In this document: in pieces, positions 40,377 through 55,234 of the stretch
Position numbering within the stretch: the stretch's first letter is position 1
How the letters are laid out: each line of letters starts with the position of its first letter
From: Octopus vulgaris
Lineage: Eukaryota
Reading direction: 5' to 3'
DNA length: 64,000 nt
Assembly: GCA_951406725.2 (NCBI GenBank)
Contig: OX597816.1
Location: 88,226,001 to 88,290,000 of the forward strand
The notes under the pieces: model-generated
What the model was told of the DNA's origin: nothing
The model's database searches: none
What the model saw: only the letters and a program-made list of their open reading frames with translations
Program-made: the position numbers and the translations under genes

Positions 40377-41107
40377 CGTGTGTGTTTATGGTTACATAAT
40401 TGTAGTTATATTCATATAGTTTAATATAGATTCGTCTACAGTTGATAGTGATAGGTTAATATATTGAATGCCTTTTAGTATTCATCAAAATAAAACAGCA
40501 GGACACTGCCAATGAAAACGAAAACTGTTAATAAATAAATAAACAAAGAGCAAACAAAGAAAGGAAAACACAGACTGTTAAAAACTTTTATCACAACTGA
40601 CAACCGAGCGTGTTTCCACTGTGAAATGAACGACCAGAAATGATTATTGATCGTAATGAACGCTCTGATTTGATAATTCAGTTTGATGGTAACAACTGAA
40701 ATTCATTGGAGTGGAAATGATAGAGTGTTGTAGTGTTAGTTATGGTGGTGTTATAAGTAGCATTGATAGGAGATGGGCTTGATTAGTTGCTGTATAGCCC
40801 TAGCTTAACACCGATCGAGCAGGTCTGTAATAGTAATAAAAAGAAGCGATCCAGCTGTGACGGTCTTTCTATTTTCTCTGTATATCCATGACCACATTAT
40901 GCAATGTTTGATTTCATTTTAGAAAGATATTAGAAGAGATGTAAGGTAGACTAGACTGTTATTTTAGTAGGTGAAGCACTTGCGTAGAGGTTTCTTCTTT
41001 GTTTTTATTTGGACTCCCTTTTCAGATGCAGGGGTTCTCAAACGTTTTGATTTTGTAATATACTGGGGGTGAGACAAGGACTCCTGGTGTATTTTGAAAG
41101 TTATATA

Positions 41108-41462
41108 TCTATTATATAAAATCCGTTCTGTGTGTATGTGTGTGTGTCTTCTAAGATCTCAGGAATCCTCCATCCGATTGCACTCAAATTTGATAAGTAG
41201 ATACCGACGGTATCAGGGCGTCTATAAGTCTTGAAAAAATTACAAAAATCGATTCCAGGTGAGAATGCGATCGATAAAGCATTCTTTGGAATAGAAAAAA
41301 GTCTATCTTTATTTCTTCTTTTGCTGGTGTCTCAAATTTAGGTTAAATAAGTTTTTCTCAAAGGGGAGGCCTATGGGACGGTCGGACAAGTTGTTTTGAG
41401 AAAATTTGGTTTAAATGTTTGACAACTCAGCACCGTCCATTGGACGGGGGGCGTTTTGCTCG
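41108..41462 (+). mobile_element. Non-autonomous Helitron-like element
   Basis: 5' A|TCTATTATATAAAATCC with a subterminal GT-type repeat. 3' hairpin CCGTCC-att-GGACGG then CTCG|T. The 5' end recurs inverted at ~60763-60832. Confidence 0.7.
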
Positions 41463-41485
41463 TACATACATACATATATATATAT

Positions 41486-41713
41486 ACTCTTTTACTCTTT
41501 TACTTGTTTCAGTCATTTGACTGTGACCATGCTGGATCACCTCCTTTAGTCGACCTAATCAACCCCAGGACTTATTCTTTGTAAGCCTAGTATTTATTCT
41601 ATCGGTCACTTTTGCCGATCCGCTAAGTTATGGGACGTAAATACACCAGCATCTGTTGTCAAGCGATGTTGGGGGGGGGACAAACACAGGCACACAAACA
41701 TACACACACACAC

Positions 41714-41754
<41 letters not shown>

Positions 41755-41900
41755 TATATATACATATATACGACGGAATTCTTTCAGTTTCCGTCTACCA
41801 AATCCACTCACAAGGCTTTGGTCGACTCGGGGCTATAGTAAAAGACACTTGCCCAAGGTACCACGCAAGCTACTTCCCACACAGCCACTCCTACGCCTAT
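41486..41900 (-). mobile_element. SINE family B, near full length
   Basis: Head ..GGAGTGGCTGTG, CORE-like CCTTGGGCAAGTGTCTT, internal (CA)n and tail (TAAAAGAG)n. Confidence 0.88.
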
Positions 41901-43134
41901 ATATATATATATATATGTATACAGACCTATTTTCATGATTGTTCAATGGAGATCATCATTTTAAAGCAAGTTAAAACTACAAAAACAATATTAACTAATA
42001 GGTTACGAGACTCATTTAATGTAAATCAATATTCAAACTGAATGGAACTTTGGAGTACTAAATGTAATAACACAAACCTTAGTTTCTACCTTAATGGGTA
42101 CAAAACGATGAATAGCTTCTAACCTTGTTGCCACAATTTGCATTTTAATTTTGTTAAATCTACATTTACTCCTAATTGGAGTATATTACCCATTTCTTTT
42201 CTTTTTTTTTTTCGTATTATTCGTATTTCGCTTTTCCCACAATGTAATACATTCTGCGTTAGCAAATTTCGTTCCACGAAACGTAGCAGAAATTCGAAAA
42301 CTCAAGAAAATTACAAGTAAAAAGTCTTGAATCATCTAGTCGCTCGCATTACCCTCTAAGATTCTCACCTAGATACCAATCATCCCGAGTAATCCAAACG
42401 AATAAGCCGTCAGGCAACGATATAAGTCACAGTCAAAAGAAATTTGTAACGTTATCAACGTATATGATATTATTTCATGCTTTATTAATCCTACTTCTGT
42501 ATAATAAAATTTATTTTCTTTTATTAATCGTGTTTGTGTATTACTTTTATGAAAGTGTTCGACCATTATATGGAGTTTCTAAAGCTATGGACTAAATCTT
42601 TAAAACTCCATGGTTCCCCTGTGCACCATAACATCCCGTTTGATAAGCCCCAATCTAACGAGACCTTTTGTTATCAAGAACGAAAGAGAGTGACTTGAGG
42701 GTGGATTGGCTTCTATTTTGACAATGAATCAAGCAAAAGCGTTGGTTCGATGTATTAGCAGCAGTAATTTGTGGTAAGAGATTAATATTCATTTCTCTCA
42801 TTTTCCTGCTGGTCTCTGGCAAGATTTCTGTAATTCGTTTGGTATTGGTGTGAGAAACCTATCTCTTAAAAAAAAAAAAAATGTCCGTTCTACTGAAAGT
42901 AGCACAGATGTTAAAGAATCTCATTTCCTATAATGTATTTTGGTGCGTGAAACAAGGCCTGGATATTTCAAACTTTTCTTTCAAATATATTTCTATAGAA
43001 GACGGCTGTGGCAAATGAATCGTTAAACGAATGGTTAATGAACTATTAAACAAACATAATGGGAAGTATAATACATCTGTGTCTTACTTGGATTGATGCA
43101 CACCCACCTTCATAAACGCATATACACGTCTGAG

Positions 43135-43230
<96 letters not shown>

Positions 43231-43542
43231 GAACGTACATTTATATGTGTATGTATATATGTTCACTCACAAACACAATTCCGTTTTATCAATGCATCCT
43301 TCACTTCAGATTTAGTGCTAACTACGTACAGAGAAATGTACAAACGAAATATGTTATACCAAGTTTGATTTTGTAGATGTATTACATTTTGTATTTTCTA
43401 TTTCATTTACAAATAAATGATTCATAAAACAAATTTCATAGAATTGTTCTATTAAATAAAGTAGATTTTTTCTTGCAAGATATTTATCAATAACTCTTTA
43501 AAACAAAACTATTGATTCGATTTAACGACAGACACGCGTAGA

Positions 43543-43626
<84 letters not shown>

Positions 43627-44339
43627 AGCATATATACATACACACAAATACGCACAATTAACGTACATCTATTTAACTCTGTAATCTGATAAAGACTCAC
43701 AAACAAAACCATTATTACAATTTTAGTCAATTTTTAACTGATTTAAAGCGGATATAACATTCGACAACAATTATATGTATAATTTTTTAATTCCGAAGCA
43801 AATCTTCATTCTTTAGCGTTATTCTTCTCAACATCTATGTTGGTCGATCAGGAGTGACAGCAATCACTTTTCATGATTCTACCATATACAGAGTCTCTAA
43901 TTCTTTTTAAATGATTTCGATGGAAGAAGTAGAATTTCACATAGTTTACCACCACCGCCAGCATCACAATAACAACAACAGCTACAACACAACTTGATCT
44001 CTGTTTGTACAAAGTGAAGCTCACTCTGTTATGCCAGTTTCCTTTTTAACCATATATTTTACCTTATGCCGATGTTAAGCTCTTGACATTCAAAATGTGA
44101 ATCAACCGCGTTAAAAATAAATGTCTGGACGGGATTAGAAAAGTTATGAATCCCCTCTTCCACATCTAATTCACTTGGCAAAGAAAACTCTTTCAGACAC
44201 AGTAACTTCACGTCATATGTATAATTTCACTTTATCATTATTGGTAATATGATATCTATAATTTCTATTTCCTTGGTAATTGATAACACAATAATCAGCT
44301 GGTTAGAAAAAGAAAATATCTATATTTAATATTGTAGCG

Positions 44340-44800
44340 GGAACATTTTGATTCCCACATGCATTAACAACTCTACAAGCATTGGAGTTAAGGTTCTAAA
44401 GTCTAAGTTTGGATGGATAAATCCAGGAAACCGAGACAATTATTCTACAGAGATCTGGAAAGGACCTGTCGTGCCCAAGTTCACCCAAAGAAGAGGTGTA
44501 AAGACAACTTTAAGTTCAACCTGATATGAGCCGAACTCAAGTGTATTGCAGCTGACTGCACTAAGTGGCACTAACTATGCTCCCAGTCAGCAAATAACTT
44601 ACAAACCACCTGGTGTATGCAGCGCTTCAGGGCAAGGATACAGAAAAGCTTCCACTCTACTCAAATAAGCGGCGCTCATTGACCGAACTGTAACACGGTC
44701 TGTGCGTCTGACGTCAGCAAAGATGTCAGACGAGCATCCACATATGTTGACCATCTAACACAATCGTCTCTCTAGGACCCGAGAAACTGCGAAATATGTA
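44340..44800 (+). mobile_element. RTE (BovB-like) LINE 3' remnant
   Basis: MDKSRKPRQLFYRDLE..PKKRCKDNFKFNL resembles RTE RM..R.PKQLFYGEL..KKRFKD.LK. Confidence 0.7.
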
Positions 44801-44924
44801 CAGGGAATAGTTTTTCTTTCAGAAAATATACCTGAAAATATATGAATACATACACATACACACACATGCACTCACTCATACACACACATACACACACATT
44901 GTTATTTTCAAACAAGAATCTTAT

Positions 44925-45190
44925 TAACAGGAACTTCGAATTTTCGGCGACTTAAGCCATCGTCAGACTGCGAGGCATTACAATTAATCTTGGCTTTATA
45001 TATCTTCTGGTGAGTTAAAAAAAGTTCATCTGTTGAGCGTCTATTGAAGTTAATCTTTGCTTTATGTAGCCTCTGTTGAATTAAATCTTCACACATACCC
45101 AATGAAGATTTTAACCCAAGAGAAGCTATATAAAGCCAAGATCAACTTCATTACATTGCAGTCCGAGGAGAGCTTAACCAGCTGGAGGAG
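44925..45190. mobile_element. Penelope-like remnant with hammerhead core and inverted arm
   Basis: Minus strand CTGACGA-t-GGC ttaagtc GCC-GAAA at 44941-44966. 44952-45020 and 45109-45178 are imperfect inverted repeats. Confidence 0.55.
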
Positions 45191-46854
45191 GCGTCCTCCT
45201 GGGCTTAAAAATAGCAGTAACATCGGTTCCTGCGGAACAACCAATTTTAATTGGCAATAAATATCACTTCTAATTATAAAATAGATAGGACAAAAATAGA
45301 ATATGTGTCCCCTAGTATATTGGCTTTAGAAAGCATAATCGCTATCTCTCAGAGAAGTATAACGCTTCATTATAACATTTTTATCATGCAATTTAGTACA
45401 TCAGATCGGATATAGAGAATTCTTGCACATGATTCTGTTACTAGTTTCTGAGGCATTTTTAGATACAAACTGTTCAAAAAAGCAAATAGCATTGTTATAT
45501 TGGTAGATGGAACAGAGAAACGCAATCTTATGCATTTGAGCTAGTGATATACAATGTGCTTAGGGGGTTTCAGTCTGTCAATTGACCTAGTGACCTTAAT
45601 TTGCATGTTTTCTGTTGTCTATGTATGCATAAAAGCTGTATCTAAGAGTCAAAGTATTACAGCGAATACAATACACAGGGCATCGAACATCTTACAAGGA
45701 ATGTCATTGTGAGAAAGCACGTGTGTGTGTGCATGTTTGTGTGTATGCGTGCGTGTGTGTGTGTGTAAGAGAGAGAGAGACAGTGTGTGTGTGTGTCTGT
45801 GTATGTGTGTATGTATGTGTACCGTTCTAAGAGACGAGACACTAGCAACTTGCGCCAGCGCAGGGGTAAACAGATTCTAACCGCAGGCGTAGTGCACGGG
45901 AGCACTGTGAAGCTAGAGAGTTGTTTATTGACACACAGTTAGAATTATACGTAGCTGTTTAGAACCAAAACAACTTTTCAAGACAAACTTGAACTTGTAT
46001 GTAAGAAAATAATTATATAAACTAATAATTATAAAGAGCGAAAAAGAAAGTAGGATTCAGTAATAATATAATTCGTATGGGGAATTAATATATGGCAATA
46101 TGGAGCAAACATTTTCTGTGTTTGTTTCTTTATTAACTAGTTGCCTTGGAGGTGCCTTCGGAGAGTGCAAAGTACTATCTTCTAATCTTATCACTTTAAC
46201 ACACACACATTTACATCCTCGCACCCACACGCATAGACATATATGCACACACACACATATAGACACATTCATGCAAACAATGGAAGACAAATAATACTTC
46301 ATAACGCGATACCATACCGTCTCAGAAAATTTTTAAAGAGAAAAAAATAGATAGAAAACCGCGAAAAGTAAGTTGGTAAATATATTTCAAAGACCAAAAT
46401 TGGAGTTATAGTGATTTATTCATAGATAAACCTTGAATGGGCATACTTGTTATCAAAGGCGTTTCATCTGTAACCACCACCTCCGATCCCCTATATCATA
46501 TAATTTAATGTCCTTCCTTTCTGAAAACAATAGTTTGTGATATGAGAGAGTTTGGGAGTGTGTTTTCAGCATAAAGCTTGTATTGTTGTTGTTGTTTAGT
46601 TACAAGTCCGAATTAATTAAGATCTATAATCCAAGGCGTTGCAGTCATGACCAATCCGCCTCTTTCTATGTAGAACTAGAACTTCTAATGCACCTTTTTG
46701 CTATTGCTAAAATCCAGGGTGTTATAGAGAAATTGGCTGTTATTTCTAACCGGTACGTGCCTCGTCGGCACGTACATTGCATTGTTTTAAATTTGGGGTT
46801 AAAACCCCATATGCAAGGAGTGAACATGCTATGCAAAACCTGACTCCTAATATT

Positions 46855-47040
46855 GGTTTCAAGTTTTGGCACAAGGGTAGCAATTTTGAGAGAGGGATCA
46901 ATTACATCAATCTAGTGCGCAAATGGATGAAAGGTAAAATCGACCCCAGCAGAATTTGAACCCAGAACGTGCAGTCAGACGAAATGCCGCCACTAAGCAC
47001 TTTTCTTAACGTGCTAACAATTCTGCCAGTTCGCCGTTTT
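46855..47040 (-). mobile_element. SINE family A copy
   Basis: Family core and head. Confidence 0.75.
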
Positions 47041-47502
47041 AACCCGACTCCTAATATTATTGAAGTCATCGTACATTTAGTACTAGTATTTTCTGTCCGA
47101 GGAGTTTCGAATAAAACCTTTCCAGCCATAATCTTCCAGTCATAATTTACATGATATTATATTTTCCTACCTTCATGCACGAAAGTAGTAAAGTGTAGTT
47201 TGAGAAATATTTGACTGCTGTTTCTAATAATAGATTGAACGACCACATATCGACTTACATAGTTATTGTTGCAGTTCGTTGTAGCTGGTCTTTAACTCCT
47301 GTTCAGCTCAAGTCAAACAAACTCATAACAAAAGCTATCCCAGCTATCGCTGTCTCAAATTTCCAGAGAGATACTCATAGGATACATTTTGAAATATGGT
47401 TTTCATTCTAAAATAAAACAAAAGACGGTAGGGTGCTTTTTCTGTCAGGTCGATTCTCCATATAGTGCACTGGTTCTTGATCTTCTTTTCTTTTTTTTTT
47501 TG

Positions 47503-47810
47503 TAGGTGTGGCTGTGTGGTAAGTAGCTTTCTTCCCAGCTACATGGTTTTGAGTTTAGTCCCACTGCGTGGCACCTTGGGCAGTTGTCTTCTACTATAGC
47601 TTCGAGCCGATCAAATACTTTTGAGTGGATTTGGTAGACGGAAACTGAAAGAAGCCCGTCGCATATATGTGTGTGTGTGTTTCTGTGTCTGTTTGTTCTC
47701 CTGTGTTGTCCATCGCTTGACAACCGATGTTGGTGTGATTTGTTCGACTAAAGGCGGTGCTCCAGCATGGCCGCAGTCAAGTGACTGAAACAAATAAAAG
47801 AATAAAAGAA
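47503..47810 (+). mobile_element. SINE family B copy
   Basis: GTGGCTGTGTGGTAAGTAGCTT..CCCACTGCGTGGCACCTTGGGCAGTTGTCTTC...GGTGCTCCAGCATGGCCGCAGTC. Confidence 0.88.
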
Positions 47811-48632
47811 AGCACCCATTTAAGTAGTTGTTATGCCTAGCACCCACTTAAGTGGGCAGTGAGATATTACGACCAAACTAACTTAGCATGGATGATAATT
47901 TATAAATTTTACTCTAAAAATGTATGGTATAAGTTTTTTTAACTGTAAAAGGATAAACATGAAAGTTGTAAATTTACTTTATACATTGCAAGTTAATGAC
48001 TTCCTTGTGCCTGATGAGGACTTATTGTATTTTAATAACAACCATTAAAAGTTTTATCATGTATAATATGATTACTACTATGGGTAAAATTTAGTACGTT
48101 ATGTCACCTTACCGCCCTCTTCGACATGCTCATCGACCCTTTGCAGGCGGTGCTGCTCACGTTGAGAAGCTTTGGTTTGGGGGCTCTCTTATTGAACAGT
48201 TATTTAAAAACTTAACGTATATTAGGTGTAAAGTAAGACACGTTTCCCTCATCAGAGAAGTAAACACCTTTAAGGATTTCTATAAATAAATCTTTTTTAC
48301 AGTTGGAAAAGAGTATCGATGGTTGGTAAAATATAAATAAAATAAAAATGAAATTTCAAAAAATGTAAGAAATAATTTATAGATAAATAAAAAACAGACA
48401 ATTCAAATAACACAAAGAAAATACTTTTAAAAAATGGAAGCAAAGAAAAAGGAGAAAAAAGGTAGCGATGGGAAGGAGAGATACGTTTGTTGATAATGGA
48501 TTTACTTCAGAGATTATGGAGAATAAAAATTCTTATCTAGTAATCCGAGCACTAAACGCTTGAGGTCTTTCAGTTCGAAAATATGTAATATATATTTACA
48601 AATCGCGCGCATCTATATATACAACAACAAAT

Positions 48633-48663
<31 letters not shown>

Positions 48664-49928
48664 AACACACACACACATGCATACCTACGTAAATAATATT
48701 AGCACAAACACACAGGCACATACACAGTCGCGCGCGCGCACACACACACATGTACATTAACACAATTAAATACAAGAAGCAACATGTTTGTTTAAACAAT
48801 ATATATATATTTCTACACATGCATGCAGTTATATATATATATATATGTATGTAGGTATGTATATGTATGTCTGCATGTCTATGCTATGTTCATGCTTGCA
48901 TTGCATACAGACACACAAATATACATAGATACATACATACATACATACGTGTGTGTGTTTATCAATTTTATCAATATACTTGAATTACTATCAACCGTTC
49001 ATTCAATCAGTATTTTTCCTTGGACTCTCCATCCATGTCGCACTCAACTATCCATCTATGTATCTTCATTTCTCTTTATATATAAACGCATATACTGGAC
49101 ACTATGCATTGCATAAGAATAGTGCATAGTTTTCATACATAAGAGTGTGTTTTGTGCCTTAGATTGAAAGAGTGGGTGTATATATAAGATATACATGTGT
49201 ATGTGCATGTGTATGTACAAGGTATGTTTGAGAAATTTGTAATCGGTTTCCGGTACCCTCAAATCTAGAATCCCTAAAACCACTTTTATATCGAAAAACA
49301 AAAAAAACTTTGCGTTGGCGCCAGAAAATGCCCCTAGGTATGTATTTACTTGCGCAAACACACGAACACACATGCAGAAGCACATTTACACACTCACCCA
49401 CAACATTTATCCTTATCATCTCTATGTGAATATATATATATATTTGCATGGAAATCAATGGCTGCTTATATGTATATCTGTGTATGTGTGCGCTGACGTA
49501 ATATTTGCTCCTGGCCTACAATTACGTCGTCTGCAATATTAATCCGTCAAATGCGTCGTGTATGTATTAAGCATACTTTCGCATCCAACGAACTTTGAAG
49601 TGCCATTCGTTTGTTTACAGTGATCAATCGATCCCCCCCCCCTCCAGCAAAGATATGTAAATCCAAAAACAAAAAAATTATCTATGAAACGGGGCAGAAC
49701 GGAAACGCCAGGAAAACCTAATAAATAACCAAACAATTATAATTTCTATTTCTTAGGTGAAAATCTCGCTTACAAAAACAACGAAAGGAATTAGTCCGGT
49801 CTTGAATAGTGATATTGTGAAGGACATTAAAGCGGCTTCCTTTTATACTTTTATTTCCTTTTTGTTGTTTTTGCTGTTAAAAATGCCCAACCATCGCAAT
49901 ACCGATTTCATTGAAGACTAAAATATAC

Positions 49929-49976
<48 letters not shown>

Positions 49977-50117
49977 TATATAGATATAGATATATAGATA
50001 TATATATACATACATATATATATACAGTATATGTATATATATATATACGCACAGTATATGCAAATATATATATATATGTATAAGTATATATATATATATA
50101 TGTATATGTATATATGC

Positions 50118-50149
<32 letters not shown>

Positions 50150-51660
50150 ACAGTATATGTATCCACTACAAGCCTGGTGGTTACTGAAATACAAAATGTT
50201 TGCGAAAGTGTAGATTATATAATGAAAACATAATAAAAGTTCTTGAAGCAACACTGCAATAAAATACGATAATAACGGTATTATTTAACTTTAAGCTGAT
50301 ACGATTTTTATTGTAGTTGGTTATCTGCATTGTTTCTACCCTTCTATTCATTTTACAAGACGCACGCGCGCGCACACACACGCACATTCGCGCGCGCAGG
50401 AACACATACACACATATATACATTTGTATATCTTTAAATGCCTTTCCTCAGTGAACTCCAACACAGCTTCCCATAAAGCCAAATCTCCCACTGATCTAGT
50501 CTTCTATGTTTCTATGTCACTCACTTGTGAACCTTGCATTCGAGAAATTAAATAACACTGTTGTTAGATTTGATGTAGGTAAAGTATTGAACCGTATTAA
50601 GTATGCAAATCTCCGAGCAAACTTGCACTTTTATGGGCTTCATCCATCACTAGTTGCTTGGATCATTGGCTTCCAATAAGATCGAGTCACCAGGAAGTGT
50701 GCTTTTGCAGCTCTCTCTCCCTCTATTAGTTTCTTCCTCTCTCTCTCTCTCTCTCTCTCTTTCATTTACTCTCTTTCCCGCTCTCTCTTTTCTCTTCTCT
50801 CTAATACTCACAATAACAATTCTAGTGTGTCCAAAGTTTCGGTTTTGTCTCACGCACTCTTCTTCCTACACATGCCTTCAATTCTATCAAGATCGACTTC
50901 TATGCAAATGAGACCATATATCATTCTTACTCAACCGCCCGAACCCATGTCTCATCTTATTTTTTTTTTTTGCCCACAAGGGGCTAAACATAGAGGGAAC
51001 AAACAAGGACAGACAAAGGGATTAAGTCGATTACATCGACTCCAATGCATGATGCAACCCAGACACTTCACGCCAAACCTGCACCGAGAGATCTCCTAAA
51101 CATCATATCATATAATTTGATAAACGGATAAAATGTCAATAGTAATCATAGGAAGTAATATAAGTTACGTCAGTAAAAATGTCAGATAAATAAAAAAAAA
51201 ATGAGTTAAAAGTGTGTTGGCATTCAAAACATATTTCAAATTGTATCTCAATCATCGTGAAGGACTTAACTACAATATGCTCACACGCCTTTTATAATTC
51301 GTCCCCAACACCTCAACTTCTTTTCTAGAAACTTTTAGCATTAAGTTATTCGAGCGACTAGAGACATCAGGTTGGACTCTAAATACGGCAACCTGTTTCC
51401 CACAATGAGAGCTATATGTAAGAAATGCATAACACGGGGACCATCGAAAAGAATCCTGCGTTAATGCTACTCAACCTTTATCCCAACGTCTATAACATCA
51501 CTTATATCCTTTACTCCTGTTTTCCATAGATTGTATCTTCGGTCGTATTTCCACTCCCCGCCATTCTTTTATCTTTTCCGCCTTCATCTTTATATCTTGG
51601 CAAAGAAGAAGTGTGCACAGCATCTACGTTTTTCCTTTCGTTTATTTTCTCCCACAACAG

Positions 51661-51685
51661 AACTGCAAAGACTTTAGTTTTTAAG
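51661..51685 (+). CDS. Candidate 25-nt micro-exon (xTAKTLVFK)
   Basis: Strong polypyrimidine tract TTTTCCTTTCGTTTATTTTCTCCCACAACAG| and perfect AAG|GTAAGT donor. Only one frame is open. Confidence 0.4.
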
Positions 51686-52051
51686 GTAAGTTGTTCTATT
51701 TTTACGCTTGTCTTACTTGTAATTCATTAGTATACTGATGCAATCTTAACCAAGCCTAGCACCGGATTTATTATATTACTAAGGTATAAATATTTGATGG
51801 ATATGAGAGATCATTAACTTCCTATTAGTGATGTCTGTGAGAGTCTTCGTTATATTCTTAGTGATTTTGGAAGGTGTAGATTTGTCAATTTGATTTCATA
51901 TGTGTATTAACATTTCAAGCACAATTTAACAATATTAGACTCTTAGGTTTCCATTCCTGGAAACTAAAATATTCTTCATCTCAATAGTGCACATCAGATT
52001 AGCGATGTCTAAATTATGTCTAAAAGGAATGGTTACTGAAGAGTGAAGAGA

Positions 52052-52160
<109 letters not shown>

Positions 52161-52574
52161 GTAGCTAGCTAGTTACCTAGCTTTTGGTCTTTATAAACGC
52201 ATACATATGTAAGAATGTATGTATATAAACGCAAAGATATGTAAGCATGTAAGCATATATATATGTAAATAAAATATATGTATGTATGCATACATACACG
52301 TGTGTGCGCGTGCGCGCGTACGTGTATGTGTATGTGCACGAGTGGGAGAAAGGAAAGTGAGACTGAAATATAGCCCAGCTGCAGAAATGACCATTTATGG
52401 TGTTTACGGCAATAAACCAAATAATAAACGTTCTAGACAGTTAACGATAATGATAGAGTCAGTTGGAGGAAAAGAACCGGAATATATTTTGTCAGAAGAA
52501 CTGATTGTTCGAATAAATGATCTGATCGTAAAGAAAGGAACCTAATTACGTTTAAAAATGCATACAGAGTTGTT

Positions 52575-53024
52575 GGTACTCCTTTGGTATGCGATCTATG
52601 TAGCCAACGTGATCTACAAGAGTCAAATTCTACTTTAGTATGCGATCTACATGTTTAATTTATTCATTATGGCTTAAGTAAAACATTCTTACATTTTTGT
52701 GCATTTATTTAAAAAAATTAAAATGAAGCAGATATGAAACATGTTTACTAATTCTATGGGCGAATCAAATGAACATCAGCTAGAAAATTTTAAAAATAGA
52801 TAATTAAAATTTTTATACATTTTATACATTTACTATCAAAAAGAAATTAGAATGAAGCAAATTTGAAACAAGTTTACAAATTTCATCGTTAATACATTTA
52901 TTATTAAAATTTATGTTTCCATCGTTCTTGATAAGTATAACTTTTCTCGCAGATCGCAATATAAAGTGTAGATCGCATACCAAAGCAATTTCATAACACG
53001 TAGATTGCATACCAAAGTAGCAGC
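52575..53024. mobile_element. 450-bp MITE with 8-bp TSD (Merlin-like)
   Basis: TIR GGTACTCCTTTGGTATGCGATCTA / TAGATTGCATACCAAAGTAGCAGC with internally repeated motif. TSD GAGTTGTT at 52567-52574 and 53025-53032. Confidence 0.85.
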
Positions 53025-54299
53025 GAGTTGTTTTATGTGTCTTGCGAGCAGGGTTTCGTGTTTTTACGTAAAAGTTTAGGTGTTCTATGAAAATTTATTT
53101 TTCTGCACGATTGTGAATGCGATTCGGTTCCTCTTCACGGAGCTGATATCAGCCACAAACCCGATTAATAATATGTTGATACGTATTGGGAACAGCATTG
53201 TAGGGTGAAGGAACGCTACTATGCTTTGCAAAGATGTTAAATGCTTTAAAATGTCAGAAAGTTGTATAACTTAAAGGTTCCACTATGCACCCATCCTCCA
53301 TTCTCCTTTGATAAAGAGAGTTTAACCGCTTCCAACTCACTGTACTGGATTTATTCAGCAATTTTAACAATTTTAACACTGCTTAGATTTATCCACTGAA
53401 ATAAAACAAAACAATCCGATTCACGTATGTCAAATATAAGCGAAAGATACAATTACTGCCCTATATCAGTAGCGTGTGTTTGAGGTAACTTTTTACACGG
53501 GCCTATAAGCATAATTTACTTATAATCATTGTACACAAGATACGAAATGGCAAACAAATATTTATTTTTAAGTCTGAGATACAAAGCAGTATGGTTACTG
53601 CTAATTAAATATTCACGGAATGTTGAATTCTTCTTTGGATGATCCAAAATTCTGATAATTATTTTGGGATAAGCGAGATTACAAGAAGCTGACAATACAA
53701 TCTTCTACACACAAGCTGTATGAACTAAAACATAGCTCAATGTTGTAGTCAAAGTAAAGACATAACAAAATATACACTGGAAGAGAAAGCTGTATCAGGA
53801 AAAAGAATTAGGTAGTATTGGAGTACATATACACACAGAAACACACACACACACATGTATATATATGTGCGCGCACGTGTGTAAAGACTTAAGTTGAAAT
53901 ATTTTAAGAAGTAAAGGAAATCTCGAACGCTCGAGGGTAGCTGTGAACGCAGCATTAAAAAATGGGGTTAAAAAAAACCTTATATAGGGAAAAAGTGGCC
54001 AGCGACCATTATACTGATCATCGGTACAGAGCTCGAAACTCTGTAGCAGTTGCTGGATATTGTTTTGTTTTTTTTTTGTCAGCAGGAATATTTTTCACCT
54101 GGTTTTCGAAAGCTATGAATGGTTATTTGGTATTGCTAAAATTGTTTCCTTAAGTATCATTATTGTGAGGTGAGTATAGTAAAACCAGGTATGCAATATA
54201 CACAACACACATAAGCCATTTCTAGCCAATTTGTGCTGTGCTTTGCTTTGATATGTCTCGATGTTTTATGGATTCCCTGTAATGATAGATCGATAGCTA

Positions 54300-54463
54300 C
54301 TAAAACTTTTTCTATTTTCTCTCCCTGTTTATTTCTGTGTTCCTTTCTGTCGAAGAGCGCAGGCTCGAAACAAAAGATTTTCTCACTTCCCAAGCGTTAA
54401 AATAATACATCTATTTGTTGTTTACACACCCGTCAACGTCTTTTGTCTTTTGTAAATTCTCAC

Positions 54464-54465
<2 letters not shown>
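54300..54465 (+). mobile_element. Short Penelope-like repeat with degenerate hammerhead motif, ending in (TA)n
   Basis: CTTT-CTGtCGA-A-GAGC gcag GCTC-GAAA-C-AAAAG at 54343-54376. Confidence 0.55.
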
Positions 54466-54528
<63 letters not shown>

Positions 54529-54530
54529 AC

Positions 54531-54571
<41 letters not shown>

Positions 54572-54577
54572 CATACA

Positions 54578-54611
<34 letters not shown>

Positions 54612-54649
54612 CATACATACATAAATACATACATACATACATACATACA

Positions 54650-55130
54650 AGAGACCCATGTGACCAAAGCCTAATGGCCCATTGCATGCATGAATGTTAC
54701 GTACAAGCTGTACAGAGGTTGTTTAAATATCTTTCTCCAAGACCACTGCCAAACAAATGGAGTGCTAGGTGATGAACAGGAGGAGGAGAAAAAGGAGTCT
54801 GGGACTGTGCTCAGCAGCTTCTCCTCAACAAAGCTGTCTTTAAGGAAGCCAAGCAACATCGTCGTAACCTCTTAATATAGGTAGACAACTAGGCGTTTGA
54901 CTCTGTGCCTCGCTCATGAATGATGGAACTAGTCAATCCATTCTCACGTGATACAGGAATGAAGTTTGGGCAAGATAAATGCTCATACATGAGAGTGAAA
55001 CTTGGATGGATTGTCGACCAGTAGCTTGTCTATCTACCCTATTTCTAATTACCAAAACTACAAGTATCTCGGAATCGATGAGAATTTTGCCTATGTTGGT
55101 GCTGTGACTAAAGCCAGAATATCGGCTCTC
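54650..55130 (+). mobile_element. Deleted RLE (R4-like) LINE fragment following (TACA)n
   Basis: DTGMKFGQDKCSYMRVK and YKYLGIDEN RT motifs at ~54950-55090. Confidence 0.7.
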
Positions 55131-55234
55131 TTATACCAGTGTGGAAGATGTCAGCCACATAATCAGCAGCTACCTCAGAACATATATATATATATATCTC
55201 AAAACACACACACACGGGGGTAAGAATCTCAACT

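Noticed and set aside
48008-48040. CTGATGAG motif
   Set aside because: No stem II or GAAA follows.
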